In this document: positions 20,971 to 32,900 of the stretch, one piece after another | Layout of the letters: each line of letters opens with the position of its first letter | Numbering within the stretch: the stretch's first letter is position 1 | NCBI GenBank assembly: GCA_046349815.1 | Contig: JAXMBQ010000009.1 | Location: forward strand, 111,532 to 175,531 | DNA from: Pirellulales bacterium | GTDB lineage: Bacteria > Planctomycetota > Planctomycetia > Pirellulales > Pirellulaceae | Reading direction: 5' to 3' | Length of the DNA stretch: 64,000 nucleotides | Notes under the pieces: generated by a model | The model's input: the letters and a program-made list of their open reading frames with translations, nothing else | The model's database searches: none | What the model was told of the DNA's origin: nothing | Translations under genes and position numbers: made by a program

Positions 20971-23301
20971 TCAGTTCGATGGCCCCGCCAGCCCCTGGCA
21001 AATCGGCTCCGCACGCACGAGACCGTACGCTTTGTCCGGCCGCTGTATAAGCGTCGGATCGATGCCTTCGAGTCCCTGTGGCAGCCACAACATTTGCTGC
21101 TCCAGCTTCTTGTCGAGATGGGGAATGCGGTCGCTGAACGCGATCACTTGCCGCGCAGCGTTTGCGGCGGCGGTGTGGTCTCCGATAAGCTCTTTTACCA
21201 AGGCTGCCTGGGCCATCAACTGAATGCTGGAAGGATACCTGGCCAGCGCTTCGGCGATGTACCGATCGGCTCGCGCGAGCGACTCTTTCACACGATCTTC
21301 ACTTTCGCCGAAGCGCATGGTCGCGACTGCCGCCAACGATAATTCTGCATCAGCCGCTAACTTCCATGTAAGATTCCCCGCGCTGTTCGAATCGAGTAAG
21401 TTCGTCACCGCAGTTCTCAATTGCTCGGCTTGCCGATCGACATCGACTGCCGCATCCTGCCGTAGCCCGCTCACTAAAAACTGAACGATCGCGACGCGAT
21501 GGCTTGAATCACATGGATCGATTGTTGCCGCGGATTCCAGTTTGGCTAATGCTTCGTTTCTAGTGCGAGCGAATTGGGATTCTTGTCTAGCTGCCCAACT
21601 GTTCATCACAGGCACCCAAGTCTGCAGCACGAAGGCGATGATCACGAGCATGATGCCGACGACCATGGACATCCTCGCCGTCATGCTCGTCGCATCCGGC
21701 GTCGATGCATTTGTTGACGCCGGCGCGTGCAACGATAGGGCTGCTAAGGTCAGCATCGGAATTAGAATGCCGGAGGCTTGCCATGAACCCGTAGCCAGCA
21801 AGCACAAGAGCAACGCGATTAAGCCGACCGGTGCTGCATTATCCGGCCTGTAGTTCGGATCTCGCAGCAGCGGTACATTGCAAAGCAACCAAACGCTGAC
21901 TGCGATCGAAGCCGCACAATGGCCGACAATTTCGACACGTCCGCTTAACAGCCAAATCGCCGTAGTAACAACGATCCAGACTGCGAACAACGCTGCGAAC
22001 ACTTTGCCTGTTGAAGCCGTGGCACTTGCCGCGTCCTCTTGAGGCGCGGCCTCGGCAATTCGTTGTACGCGTTCGATTCGCACCAGGGTGATCACAACCA
22101 AACCGACGATGATCACAGCCAATGGAATGGAGCTGTTGGCACACAAGTCCAGCAACCAGTTATGCGGGTCGGCGATGCTCTCGCTGGCCAGCGGTAATTT
22201 GTAAGCCGGATAATAGCTCTGGAAATTCCCCATCCCGACGCCGGTCCACGGATAGTCCATAACCATCCGCGCAGTCCCTTGCCAATACTCAAGTCGAAAC
22301 GCGATGCTCTTCGGCGCTTCGGACAGGATGAGTTGATCTGAGGCCAAGTACTGGATGGCCGCACCCAATATGATAACAATCAACAGTGCACCGGCAGGCC
22401 AAATCCAAGTCGGCGGTTTCCAAGCAACATCGCCGCGTGCTTCACTGCGTCGACGATTCATCCAACTTTGCATCCCCCAAGCCGCACCGCCCGCGATACA
22501 GGCAAGATAAGCCGTGCGGCTCTTCGTCAAAAACAAAATGATAGACATGGCAACGCAGAGCACCGCAGCCAGTCCGATGCGCGCCGCTACGCGTTCCTTA
22601 CTTCGCAACGTAAACAGGAACAATCCGACCGAAGGAAAGATCAGCAGCGTTAGAAGTGCAGCCAGCGAATTGGTCAGCGCAAAGGTTGCAGTCGGTTCTG
22701 TACTGTCCAGTCTCGATTCATACATGGCTCGCAGCGCCGAGCCCGGCGGAGCATCCAATCCTTGTGCGGCGAGCGCGGCATCCGGATTGCGTCGGTACTC
22801 AGCGCGCGCCTCCGGCATCGTCCAGCCGATCTGCACCACCGATTGAACACACAGATAAACACCGCAGCCGATCAAGAGGAGCAGCAATAAACGAGCAACG
22901 AAGGGGCGACGACAAAGGGACACTGCCGTCCACATGAAGACCCCGGCACCGATCAAATGCCAAAAGCTATTCCAAGCAACTCGACCATCCGCTCGCAGAT
23001 CCGCAGCCGTTGAACTGATAAACAGCAATACGACTACACCGGCCAAAGCGCACATTAACGCCGCATCACGTCGCTGCGGTATTCGGAGTTCGCCGGCCCA
23101 TGCGGAGCAAATTGCCGTCACAAAAATCATCAACACCAGAGGGAGCGATTGGCCGTCAAAGACGCTTGTGGAATCAGCCGGCAGGATGACCGCAATCATC
23201 AATACGGCGGCGATTAGTGCGATCGCCGCTAGCGTGCTGTTCGGCAATCCGCCCGATCCGGCCGCATTCGACTTCGATGATTTGGCCGGTCGACGAATCA
23301 C
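20971..23301 (-). CDS. O-antigen ligase / O-oligosaccharyltransferase family protein with C-terminal TPR-like region
   Basis: LTKSRTA, RLEYW, GVGMGNFQ and DPHNWLL (Wzy_C motifs); many TMs. Confidence 0.85.
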   Translation of the reverse strand: MIRRPAKSSKSNAAGSGGLPNSTLAAIALIAAVLMIAVILPADSTSVFDGQSLPLVLMIFVTAICSAWAGELRIPQRRDAALMCALAGVVVLLFISSTAADLRADGRVAWNSFWHLIGAGVFMWTAVSLCRRPFVARLLLLLLIGCGVYLCVQSVVQIGWTMPEARAEYRRNPDAALAAQGLDAPPGSALRAMYESRLDSTEPTATFALTNSLAALLTLLIFPSVGLFLFTLRSKERVAARIGLAAVLCVAMSIILFLTKSRTAYLACIAGGAAWGMQSWMNRRRSEARGDVAWKPPTWIWPAGALLIVIILGAAIQYLASDQLILSEAPKSIAFRLEYWQGTARMVMDYPWTGVGMGNFQSYYPAYKLPLASESIADPHNWLLDLCANSSIPLAVIIVGLVVITLVRIERVQRIAEAAPQEDAASATASTGKVFAALFAVWIVVTTAIWLLSGRVEIVGHCAASIAVSVWLLCNVPLLRDPNYRPDNAAPVGLIALLLCLLATGSWQASGILIPMLTLAALSLHAPASTNASTPDATSMTARMSMVVGIMLVIIAFVLQTWVPVMNSWAARQESQFARTRNEALAKLESAATIDPCDSSHRVAIVQFLVSGLRQDAAVDVDRQAEQLRTAVTNLLDSNSAGNLTWKLAADAELSLAAVATMRFGESEDRVKESLARADRYIAEALARYPSSIQLMAQAALVKELIGDHTAAANAARQVIAFSDRIPHLDKKLEQQMLWLPQGLEGIDPTLIQRPDKAYGLVRAEPICQGLAGPSN

Positions 23302-24416
23302 GATTTACGGCCTACCGTTTCCAAAACTGCGACGAGAGCCAGGACGCTCGCAGTGCTGAGCAAGATGATGATCGCGCCGACCCAATCGACTCGCGGCAAC
23401 AACAACGCACCGAGCGAACAGGTCAACGTCGTCAAGTAGATCGTCATCACGGCTTGAGGCTTGGTCATCCCCAAGTCGACGAGCCGATGCGAGAAGTGTC
23501 GCTTGTCACCTTCAAACGGACTGCGACCTTCATTCAAACGAATTCCGATAACGCTCAACATGTCGTAGAGCGGCACCGCTAACACGCATAGGGGTGCAAG
23601 CACCGCATGCGGCGTTTCGCCTTGCGAGCCCGCATAGGTTGCGAGCAGGGATGCAGTTGCAATCCAGAACCCTACGAGATAACTTCCCGCATCCCCCATG
23701 AAGATCTTCGCGGGCGGTCGATTGTGAACGAGGAAGCCGAGCAGCGAGCCGACGAGTACCAGCAACATCGCAGCCACAAACAATTGCGGCCTGGCGGTAC
23801 CTCCGCCTGACAGCAACATGACGGCGAGCACCGTCGACGAAATCGCCGCGACTCCGCCGCTCAGACCATCCATGTTGTCAAGCATGTTGAACGAGTTGAT
23901 CAGCGCGACGATCCAAAGCACTGACAAAAAACTGGTGAACCATGGAGCATGTATGAACGCGGTGAGTTGCAGTCCTTGGTAGTAGACACAAAACGCAGCG
24001 ACAGCGAACTCGACGGCGATCCGCACTTGCCACGGCAACCATCGCCTATCATCGGTCAGTCCGAGCAACATGAGTACCGTGGCACAACCGATCAACACCC
24101 AAAGTTCAACCGCTTTATCAAGCAACCCGGGAGCATGTTGTACGAGTGACTCAGGAAACAGTGCAGCTACAGCCGGTGTACTTTGCATCAACCACACACC
24201 GAATGTGCCGAGACCAAAGGTGGAAACGACCCCGGCCCAGATGCCTAGGCCTCCTCCCAGCGGAATCGGAGTCGTGTGCACCTTGCGCGCACCCGGCTTG
24301 TCGAGCAACCCGAGTCGTTCTGCTGCGCGGCGTACCACCGCGACTGCCATGACGCTTACCAAAAAACTCGGCACGATCGTCACGAGGACAATGATCAGAA
24401 ACTGAAACCATGTCAT
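23298..24416 (-). CDS. MraY/WecA family undecaprenyl-phosphate GlcNAc-1-phosphate transferase
   Basis: RKVH..PIPLGGG, GLTDD, NSFNMLDNMDGL, FMGDAGS, HFSHRL. Confidence 0.92.
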   Translation of the reverse strand: MTWFQFLIIVLVTIVPSFLVSVMAVAVVRRAAERLGLLDKPGARKVHTTPIPLGGGLGIWAGVVSTFGLGTFGVWLMQSTPAVAALFPESLVQHAPGLLDKAVELWVLIGCATVLMLLGLTDDRRWLPWQVRIAVEFAVAAFCVYYQGLQLTAFIHAPWFTSFLSVLWIVALINSFNMLDNMDGLSGGVAAISSTVLAVMLLSGGGTARPQLFVAAMLLVLVGSLLGFLVHNRPPAKIFMGDAGSYLVGFWIATASLLATYAGSQGETPHAVLAPLCVLAVPLYDMLSVIGIRLNEGRSPFEGDKRHFSHRLVDLGMTKPQAVMTIYLTTLTCSLGALLLPRVDWVGAIIILLSTASVLALVAVLETVGRKS

Positions 24417-25009
24417 AGAGACTCACCCTCCGTGGCTGCATCGTCACTGTTCATGTGCGCACGTGCGTGTGCTGCAGACGTAAGTGCTCGATGCAATTCC
24501 ATGCGCACTCGACTGAAGAATGTGTGGTACTCGCTGCGCAAGTAATCGGGATAGGTCCAAGGCCGACCGCACCAGGCTCGATCCTTGTAGAACAGACACT
24601 CTTCCGCATAGATGCCGTCGCGAAGATAGATGCGATGCGCGCGGTCTTTGGTGCTGGCAAGCACTACCTTCATCGACGTCACATAGCCCGGATCGATATT
24701 CAGCGGTCGCTGCTCGGGCGCTCCGCAAAGCTGCGCATATTCTTCTTCCCACGCGTTGCTCTCGAGCTTGCAATCGACCAGTCGAGCCGGATCGAAATCA
24801 CCGCGGCAACACAGCAGTTGTTTGCGCAGACAAGTGCCCATCAACTGCTCGTAGTATTTCGTCTCGGTGAATTCGAGCCGCGAACCGAGGTCCGTCACTT
24901 CGCCCCACGCCGATCCGATCCGCTCGACTGCCCAGTCGAGCGCCGCATCGTAGCGACTGAAGATCGCAGCGATGAGGCGTGTCGGAGGATGAGAGCGAGG
25001 AATGCCCAC
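24413..25009 (-). CDS. DUF4416 family protein
   Basis: RPLNIDPGY..VVLASTK...HRIYL..GIYAE...WTYPDY. Confidence 0.8.
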   Translation of the reverse strand: MGIPRSHPPTRLIAAIFSRYDAALDWAVERIGSAWGEVTDLGSRLEFTETKYYEQLMGTCLRKQLLCCRGDFDPARLVDCKLESNAWEEEYAQLCGAPEQRPLNIDPGYVTSMKVVLASTKDRAHRIYLRDGIYAEECLFYKDRAWCGRPWTYPDYLRSEYHTFFSRVRMELHRALTSAAHARAHMNSDDAATEGESL

Positions 25010-25060
25010 GGAGAAAGACCTTGCAAGTTCGTAACGCCGACCGGGGCCCGGCTGCCTCGA

Positions 25061-26611
25061 TCAATACGCTTTGGCGAAGATCGCTCGCTGCGTACTCGGC
25101 TTGCCGGTCAGGAAGCACTTGCCGGGAGTGTCTCCGCCGTTAAGAGGTATACAGCGGATGGTCACTTTGAGTTCATCCAGCAGAGGCTGAACTTCCGCTT
25201 CCGAGGAAAAGTGGCAGAGTGCGAAACCGCCGTGAATTTCAGGCGAATCTGCATTTTTCGGTGTGAAATACCGACGGAACTCTTCCGCGTTGTCAATTTC
25301 AACCGTGTTTTCGTCTCGCATTTTCCGGGCGCGGTCGAGCAAGTTCTGTTGGATCGCAGCCAACTGAGCGGCGATACCGGCCACGAACTCAGCTCGCGGC
25401 AAACTCTGCTGCTCGCCTGTATCACGTCGAGCTACGAAGACGGCATCCTTGGCAATGTCCTTCGGTCCGACTTCGACGCGGATCGGAACGCCGCGGCGGA
25501 CGTGGTACCACTTCTTTTCGCCGCCGCGCAGATCGCGGTCGTCGATCTGGACTTCGATCGGCTTTTCATCGTAACGCTGAGCCATCAGTTCTGTGCGCAG
25601 CGACTTGCAGTAAGCCAATACCTCTTCGCGTTGCGATTCTTCGCGATAGATCGGCATGATGACGACATGGGCCGGAGCGAGTCGCGGAGGCAGAACCAAT
25701 CCGTCATCATCGGCATGCGTCATGATCAGAGCACCGATCAGTCGCGTGCTCACACCCCACGAGGTCGTCCAAGCGTATGCGATTTGGCCGTTTTGATCTT
25801 GGAACTTGATCTCTTGAGCTCGTGAAAAGTTCTGCCCCAAGAAGTGGCTCGTTCCGGCTTGCAGCGCCTTGCGGTCCTGCATCATCGCTTCGATCGACAA
25901 TGTCGTCTCGGCGCCGGGGAATCGTTCGCCGGCGGTCTTCTCTCCTTTGATCACCGGCACCGCCATGAAGTTTTCGGCGAAGTCGGCGTAGACTTCCAGC
26001 ATCTTACGAGTCTCTTCCATCGCCTCTTCGGCCGTGGCATGCACCGTGTGACCTTCTTGCCACAAGAACTCCGCCGTGCGCAAGAACAACCGCGTTCGCA
26101 TCTCCCATCGCACCACGTTGGCCCACTGGTTGATGAGCATCGGCAGGTCGCGATACGACTGCACCCACTTGGCATACATCGCGCCGATAATCGTCTCGCT
26201 GGTCGGACGCACGATCAAAGGCTCTTCGAGCGGACCGGCAGGTCGTAAGCCTCCGTTCGGATCGGGTTCCAAACGATGGTGCGTCACCACGGCGCACTCT
26301 TTGGCGAAGCCCTCGACGTGTTTGGCTTCCTGTTCCAGAAAGCTCATCGGAATGAACAAAGGGAAATATGCGTTCTGGTGTCCGGTGTCTTTGAACATCC
26401 GGTCAAGCACCTTCTGCATGTTCTCCCACAGCGCGTAACCCCAAGGCTTGATGACCATGCAACCGCGCACCGGCGAGTTCTCAGCCAAGTCCGCGCCCTT
26501 AATCACTTGCTGATACCACTCCGGGTAATCCTGTGCGCGAGTCGGTTCGATGGCCGTTTTCGGAGCCTTGTTCATTCCTTGTCCCTTCGTTTGCTCTATC
26601 AATTCTCTCAA
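25061..26611 (-). CDS. proS: Proline--tRNA ligase (eukaryote/archaea-like type)
   Basis: VRPTSET, NQWANVVRWE, EFLWQEGHT, QAGTSHFLGQNF, SWGVSTR, C-terminal FAKAY; the start may be 26574. Confidence 0.97.
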   Translation of the reverse strand: MRELIEQTKGQGMNKAPKTAIEPTRAQDYPEWYQQVIKGADLAENSPVRGCMVIKPWGYALWENMQKVLDRMFKDTGHQNAYFPLFIPMSFLEQEAKHVEGFAKECAVVTHHRLEPDPNGGLRPAGPLEEPLIVRPTSETIIGAMYAKWVQSYRDLPMLINQWANVVRWEMRTRLFLRTAEFLWQEGHTVHATAEEAMEETRKMLEVYADFAENFMAVPVIKGEKTAGERFPGAETTLSIEAMMQDRKALQAGTSHFLGQNFSRAQEIKFQDQNGQIAYAWTTSWGVSTRLIGALIMTHADDDGLVLPPRLAPAHVVIMPIYREESQREEVLAYCKSLRTELMAQRYDEKPIEVQIDDRDLRGGEKKWYHVRRGVPIRVEVGPKDIAKDAVFVARRDTGEQQSLPRAEFVAGIAAQLAAIQQNLLDRARKMRDENTVEIDNAEEFRRYFTPKNADSPEIHGGFALCHFSSEAEVQPLLDELKVTIRCIPLNGGDTPGKCFLTGKPSTQRAIFAKAY

Positions 26612-26746
26612 TCGCGCCGGATTCCGGATCGAGCGGGTTTCGCATGCTGCCGGAACGCCGAACAGTGCGGTAAGCCGGTAGGCTCATTGTTATAGCGGTA
26701 GGGCGGCGATTTCGCAGGCCCGCTTCGAACTCCACGTCATCGATCT

Positions 26747-27749
26747 CTAGACGTGCAGCTCAACGATGTCTTTGTCCAGCGGCTGATAGTCGGGTTTCAC
26801 AACGGTCCCGTCATGGACTGCCCTGCCCCACACGCGAGCCCCTTTGAGCGTTGCGGCCATATCACGATGCACATTCTCCGCCACTTCCACCAGCGTCTGA
26901 CCTTTGCGAATCGTGAACGGCTTGGTCATATCGGGATCTTTTTGCTTAGGATGTTTGGTGTACACTCGCACGATATCCAGAATCTCAAAGGTTCGGCGTC
27001 GCAAATCATCCAGACCGATTCCCTCGGTCGCGCTGACCTCGATTCGCTCCAGCTTGAATAGCTCGGGCATTGTCTCGACCAAGATTTCGAGCCGCTCTCT
27101 CGCACCGGGATCGTCGATCTTATTCAGCACTAGTACTGTCGCCGTATAGCTGACACCGAGATCGTCTTCGTCGAGATAGGTCTCTTTGGCCAATCGCGTC
27201 TTGCCCCCTTCGAATCGATCTAGTGCGGCCTGCGTGTCCTCGATCACGTTGTCGCTGGCCAGGTCGATGACGAAGAAGATCAGATCCGCCCCGCGCACCA
27301 GCCCGATGGTCGCAGGGTCCATGAAGTCGGCCGTGATCGGCGGCAGGTCGATGAGCTGGAACGGGCAATCTTCAAAGTTCATCATGCCCGGCAGCGGCGG
27401 CTGCGTGGTGAACGGATACGGTGCGACTTCAGGCTGCGCACGGAGTCAGCGACGAGTAATTGGCTTTTGCCGGTATTCGGTCACGCCCGATCGCAACGAC
27501 GCGGCACCCGCGCTTCCTGCCTCGGTATCTTCGCACCGGCGCCGGCTGCAGTGGAACTCACCGGCTTCGCCGCCCGGTCTTCGGTTGTAGCGATCTTGCC
27601 TTCAGATCGGCCTGTAGTTTATCGGTCCCCTTATGCTTCGGGATCTCGCGCAGCATGACCTGCAGACAATCGAGCTCTTCCTGCGGAGACTGAGCCGCGC
27701 GATAGGCGGCTTCGGCTTTGTGATACTGTGGCGTTAAGTTGGCAGGCAC
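26747..27749 (-). CDS. DRG/Obg-family GTPase with C-terminal TGS domain (frameshifted in this sequence)
   Basis: MPANLTPQY..EIPKHKGTDKLQADLK in 27558..27749; YPFTT and DLPP; NKID and the TGS end in 26747..27385. Confidence 0.8.
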
Positions 27750-27782
27750 GGTCTTCGTCGATGCAAAAGAAAATCAAATAGG

Positions 27783-28952
27783 TCAAGATACCAAAGTCAG
27801 GCTGCGATAAAGCGCGCCGTGGTTGCATGCTTCCGTCACGACGACGTGACGTCCGGATACGATCGAGGAGTTCGATAAGACGCGCGCGGCTTCCGCCGCT
27901 TCAGCCTCGTTGCTTGCGAACCCGAAAACAGTCGGTCCCCAACTGCTCTGCCCGACAGCCGCCAATCCGGATGATTGTGCAGCGGCGACAGCAGAAGCGA
28001 TCTCCTCTGTTCGATACAACCCGGACTGCACCTCGCGAAACATTTCTCCGGCATGCGTCATGTACTTGCCGAGTGCATCGGTAAACGCATCGAAGTCGGT
28101 TTGTGCTGCTCCGGCCAAACAGCCTTGAGCCAAGTCGAGCATCCGTTGTCGATGAAAGTGGCCGCCCGTCCGCATTTACAATCAAGCGCTCTTCGGCTTC
28201 GCCTTGCACAACGCGCCGAGAGATCGCCGATGCGCGATCAGGAGCAATGATCTGGCGATGCGTGCGCGAGCAGCAGCAGGGCGACGCGTATGCTTCCGGG
28301 AAAGAGACCGAGTCGGTATCGATCGGCCGGCTTGATTCGCATTCCGCTTCAGCGCCGCTGCAGCGTCCGCGATCGAGTATCAATCCGCCTCGCATGAAGC
28401 CGTGCAATCCGATCGCCGATCGCTTTCCGCGCGCGGCCAGTCTTGCCAGTTCACGGGTCGATGCATGGCAATCATCGCGGGCAGTTACACAGTCCTGCAG
28501 CTCGCCATTGTGTTACGTCTGAGGATGGGACTGATGCCTGTCCTGCGATGGAGCTCAAGCGAACCGCCGTCGCCACAGCGCAGGCCAATTGCGTTCTACA
28601 TCCCGGGCGGCGTGCGAGCGATATCGGTCGCGATGCGAAACTGATCGACGGCAATCGGTGATACCGAAAGCATCATCGATGCTGAGTCGATCGCGCGCCG
28701 TATGCGGTCACTCAATTCTCCAACCGGCGCGATGAGCAGCTCGCACGCCGCTTCCGCCTTAGTATTCGGCGTCGAATCGGTAGAGACCAGACGCACGCGC
28801 AGACCCGGGTGCTTCACCATCAATCCGAGACCGCCGAACCGGTGCGGAGCATCAGCCGCGAGCTCTACGAGGCCGAAGTGCAAGCGACTGCTGGTCTGAA
28901 CTTCCAACACCGATCCGAATTCCTCCGCAGCTCCACTGCCCGCGCGATCCAC
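27783..28952 (-). CDS. Beta-ribofuranosylaminobenzene 5'-phosphate (beta-RFAP) synthase, GHMP kinase family (frameshifted)
   Basis: SRLHFGL..RFGGLGLM, TQLACAVA, RGKRSAIGLHGFMRGGLILDRG and GQSSWGPTVF, spread across several frames. Confidence 0.8.
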
Positions 28953-29831
28953 TTACGCGGCTCGGCGCATCCCTTCGATTCGCGACAAGATTTGATTGGT
29001 CGCGCCCGACTTGTTCAGTACATAGAAATGAATGCCCGGTACACCGCGATCGATGAGCTCTTGAACCTGACGCCGCGCATATTCGACACCCACTTCGAAT
29101 TGCCACTGATCGTCTTCACGCTTGGCCAGCTCAGCCGTAAAGCTGTCCGGCAATTTGGCTTTGCACAGCGAAGTGATTCGTTTGATCTGTGCCAGATTCG
29201 TCACCGGCAAAATCCCTGGAACAATCGGAATACGAATGCCTGCCTTTTCACACGCATCGCAAAACCGGAAATAGTCTTGGTTGTCGTAGAACAATTGCGT
29301 GACCACGATGTCCGCACCTGCATCGACTTTGCGCTTCAAATTGGCGACATCCAATTCGAAACTGGTGCACTCTTGATGCGTCTCGGGATAACCGGCAACG
29401 GCGATGCCGAAGTTATTGAATTCGGAACGAATCATCGCCACCAATTCATTCGCGTAGCGCAGACCCCCTTCGGTCATGCGGAAGGTCGTCTCACCCTTGG
29501 GCGGGTCTCCTCGCAGGGCCACGATATAACGAATGCCTCGCTCTGCCGCAGTTTGCAGATAGCCTCGCAGCTCATCGCGCGTCGAACCGACGCAGGTCAA
29601 ATGCGAAGCCACGGGAACGCCGAACTTCTCCAGCACGGAACAAGCCACTTGAAGCGTGCGGTCTCGTGTTGAGCCACCTGCCCCGTACGTGCAAGTCATA
29701 AAGTCAGGGCGATACCGCATCAGTTCCCCGACGGTATCCATCAGCGTTTCGACGCCGGCATCGGACTTCGGAGGAAATAACTCGAACGACAGGCCGCACC
29801 GTCCGGGTGCGAAATAGTCAGCCAATTTCAT
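28953..29831 (-). CDS. metF: 5,10-methylenetetrahydrofolate reductase
   Basis: SFELFPPK, TYGAGGSTR, HLTCVG, ALRGDPP, AGYPE, TQLFYD, IHFYVLN. Confidence 0.96.
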   Translation of the reverse strand: MKLADYFAPGRCGLSFELFPPKSDAGVETLMDTVGELMRYRPDFMTCTYGAGGSTRDRTLQVACSVLEKFGVPVASHLTCVGSTRDELRGYLQTAAERGIRYIVALRGDPPKGETTFRMTEGGLRYANELVAMIRSEFNNFGIAVAGYPETHQECTSFELDVANLKRKVDAGADIVVTQLFYDNQDYFRFCDACEKAGIRIPIVPGILPVTNLAQIKRITSLCKAKLPDSFTAELAKREDDQWQFEVGVEYARRQVQELIDRGVPGIHFYVLNKSGATNQILSRIEGMRRAA

Positions 29832-29948
29832 AGATCAAGCGGTCGCTAAGTTCGTTGTGGGGGGGGCACCGGGCTCTGTCCGGAATCGTAACAGACCGAA
29901 TAGTTTAAACGAAAACACCCATTCGTGGCCGGGGAGGTCACGGGCGAA

Positions 29949-32900
29949 CTAATGAAAATCTCTCGATCTCACTTGAAGCCCGCTGACATGCTTGGACAGA
30001 TCGTCTAACCGTCCGACTACGACGTGGATAACCCCCTCGCGATTCTCGAGCACTCCGGTTACCAGCCACGCATTCGATGTCCTAGCCACATTGTAATGGC
30101 GGTCCCAGACATCAGGCCGCAATACTAAATTCATCGATCCGCTTTCATCTTCCAGCGTCACGAAGGTTATTCCCTTTGCGGTTCCAGGCCGCTGCCTTAG
30201 GACGACCAGCCCCGCAACTCGCACGAATACGATCAGGTAAAGTCTTGAGCTGCGGCGCCGAGGCGACATGGCGTCGAGCCTCGCGCACAAAGGCCATCGG
30301 ATGAGCGAGACAACAGTGGTTTGGTAATCGGCGATGACTTCGTCGATCTCAGCCATCTGCCCCAGCGATTCGGGAAGAGCATCGTCGACGTCTGCGTCGG
30401 CGGCTTCAACAGCGGCATCGGCCGGCCACTGCGATCTTGAGCCAGCGGCGCCAGTAAGCGGCTGCGGCGATCACCGCTGATGGGCTCAGGCGGCTTCCGG
30501 CTTCAGCCAGAGACGACTGACAACCGCTTGCCCAAACCGCATACGGCGCGTGAAATCGGCCGTGTCGATAAAGAGGCCATCCGCGCGCTTGCGATCCGCT
30601 TCAATCGCCAAGCCGATCGATGATTGCAGACCTCGAATCATCTGCAGCCCCAAGCGCACGGCAAACCGTTTTTCAAAACATGCGGCTTCGATGCTTGCTG
30701 CATCTGTCAATGCGTTGCCTACGGTGGACGCTTCTTCGCGGCATTCCTCCAATTTGTTTTCCCAGTCGCTCGAGTTGACGCGCTCGATGCCGAGCACAGG
30801 CATAATAGTCGCGTGCATCTTGAACAAGTTGCGAGAGGCCAGGAACCCCATCGGTTGACTATTGAGTATGGCGACGCAGAACGCAGCCGGGTAATGATGT
30901 TGAGCCAGCACGAGGCATAGACGAGCAGCGCAAAACTGGCGGCGTGCGATTCGGGAAAACCGTATTCGCCGAAGCCGCGTATCTGCGTGAACACTCGCTC
31001 GGCAAACTGTTCATCGAGTCCGTTGGCTCGCATGCCCTCGATCAACTTCAATCAGAAACTTGTCGATCACTCCTGGACGACGCCAAGCGGCCATCGCACG
31101 CCTGCAATTGATCCCGCCTCTCCCGGAGTAAACCCGCCGCCACGACAGCCAAACGCATGGCTTGTTCTTGAAAAATCGGCACGCCCATGGTCTTGCGAAG
31201 AACCTGAGCAATCTCTTCGTTCGGATAGGGTGGCTGAACTCCGGATCGCCTTGCCGTCAGATAAGGATGGACCATCTGGCCTTGTATCGGACCCGGCCGC
31301 ACGATCGCCACTTCGATGACCAAGTCGTAGTAAGTGCGCGGCCTCAGTCGCGGCAACATACTCATCTGCTGACTCTCGATCTGAAACACACCCACCGTAT
31401 CGGCGCGACAAATCATGTCGTACACCGTGTGGGTCTTCACGCGGTACTGTCGCGAGATTGATCGGCCGTCGATATTTTTTTTCCAGCAAATAAAAACCGC
31501 GATGGAGCGCTGACAACATGCCGAGCGACAGGCAATCGACTTTCAGAATTCCGAGTTCATCTAAGTCGTCTTTGTCCCATTGAATCACCGTACGACCTTC
31601 CATGGCCGCGTTTTCAATCGGGCACAGCTCGCACAGCGGTCCGTGAGTCATCACCATGCCGCCGACATGCTGCGACAGATGCCGAGGAAAGCCGAGCAGT
31701 GATTTCACCAGGTAAACAAATCGTCGTCCGATGGGAGATTCGAGATCGAAACCGACTTCCGCAGCGCGTTGCTCAAGCGAACCGGCGGTGCTGCGCGAGT
31801 CCACCGACTTGGCCATGCCGTCGATATGATCCGCCGACACGCCGAGCGCTTTACCGACATCGCGAATGGCTGAACGCGTTCGGTACGTGATCACGGCCGC
31901 AGTCATCCCCGCGCGATGCCTGCCGTACTTTTCATAGATATATTGCAGCACCTCTTCGCGTCGCTGATGTTCGAAATCGACATCGATGTCAGGCGCTTCA
32001 TTACGCTCGCGACTGATGAATCGCTCGAAGAGCAGATCGAGCTCGTTCGGATCGACCGACGTCACACCCAAGCAATAACAAACGACGCTGTTGGCCGCGG
32101 AGCCGCGACCTTGACAGAGGATGTTACGACTGCGAGCAAATCGCACGAGATCCCACACGGTCAAGAAGTAGGCTTCGTACTTCAGGTCTTCGATCAGCGT
32201 CAGTTCGTGCCGCAGGAGCTCGATCACACGCTCGGGAACGCCGCCCGGATAACGCTCCTTGGCTCCGTTCCAAGTCAACCGCTTCAAGTAATCAATCGGC
32301 CGCACACCATCAGGAGCCAGCTCGACTGGATACTCATATCGAAGTTCATCGAGTGAGAAGCGACAGTCTTGCGCGATCTCATTCGTCCGTTCAATCGCAT
32401 CGGGAATCGCTGCGCACAGCCGCTGGATCTCTTGCATCTCGCGCAAGTGATAAGTCGTGTTCTCAAGTCGCTCGGTTCGCACTTGATCGATCGTTTGATT
32501 GCGTCGAATCGCGAGTAGGCAATCGTGCAAAACGCTGCGCGCCGGTTCGTGGTAGTGGACTTCGCCGCAAGCGACGAGCGGCAGACCGGCTCGCCGCCCG
32601 AGACGACTGAACCGTTCGACTTTGCTACGATCATCCACGCCGTGATGCAATGCGATCGGCAAGTAGGCTCGCCCTCCGAATAGATCTCGGAAGCGATGCA
32701 GCCAGACCACCCAGCGTCGATCATCCATCGGATCGAACTCCGCCGAAGGCAATCGTTCGCCGGGACGAAAGCCCTCGATGGGCGGCATCTGCTGCAGCGC
32801 CTGCCGTACATCGTCACTGGGCTGACGGAGCAAGAGGCCGGCTGAAAGACCGTCGCCGAGATCTTCCAGATCATTCCAACTGAGAGCACAGCCCCCCTTC

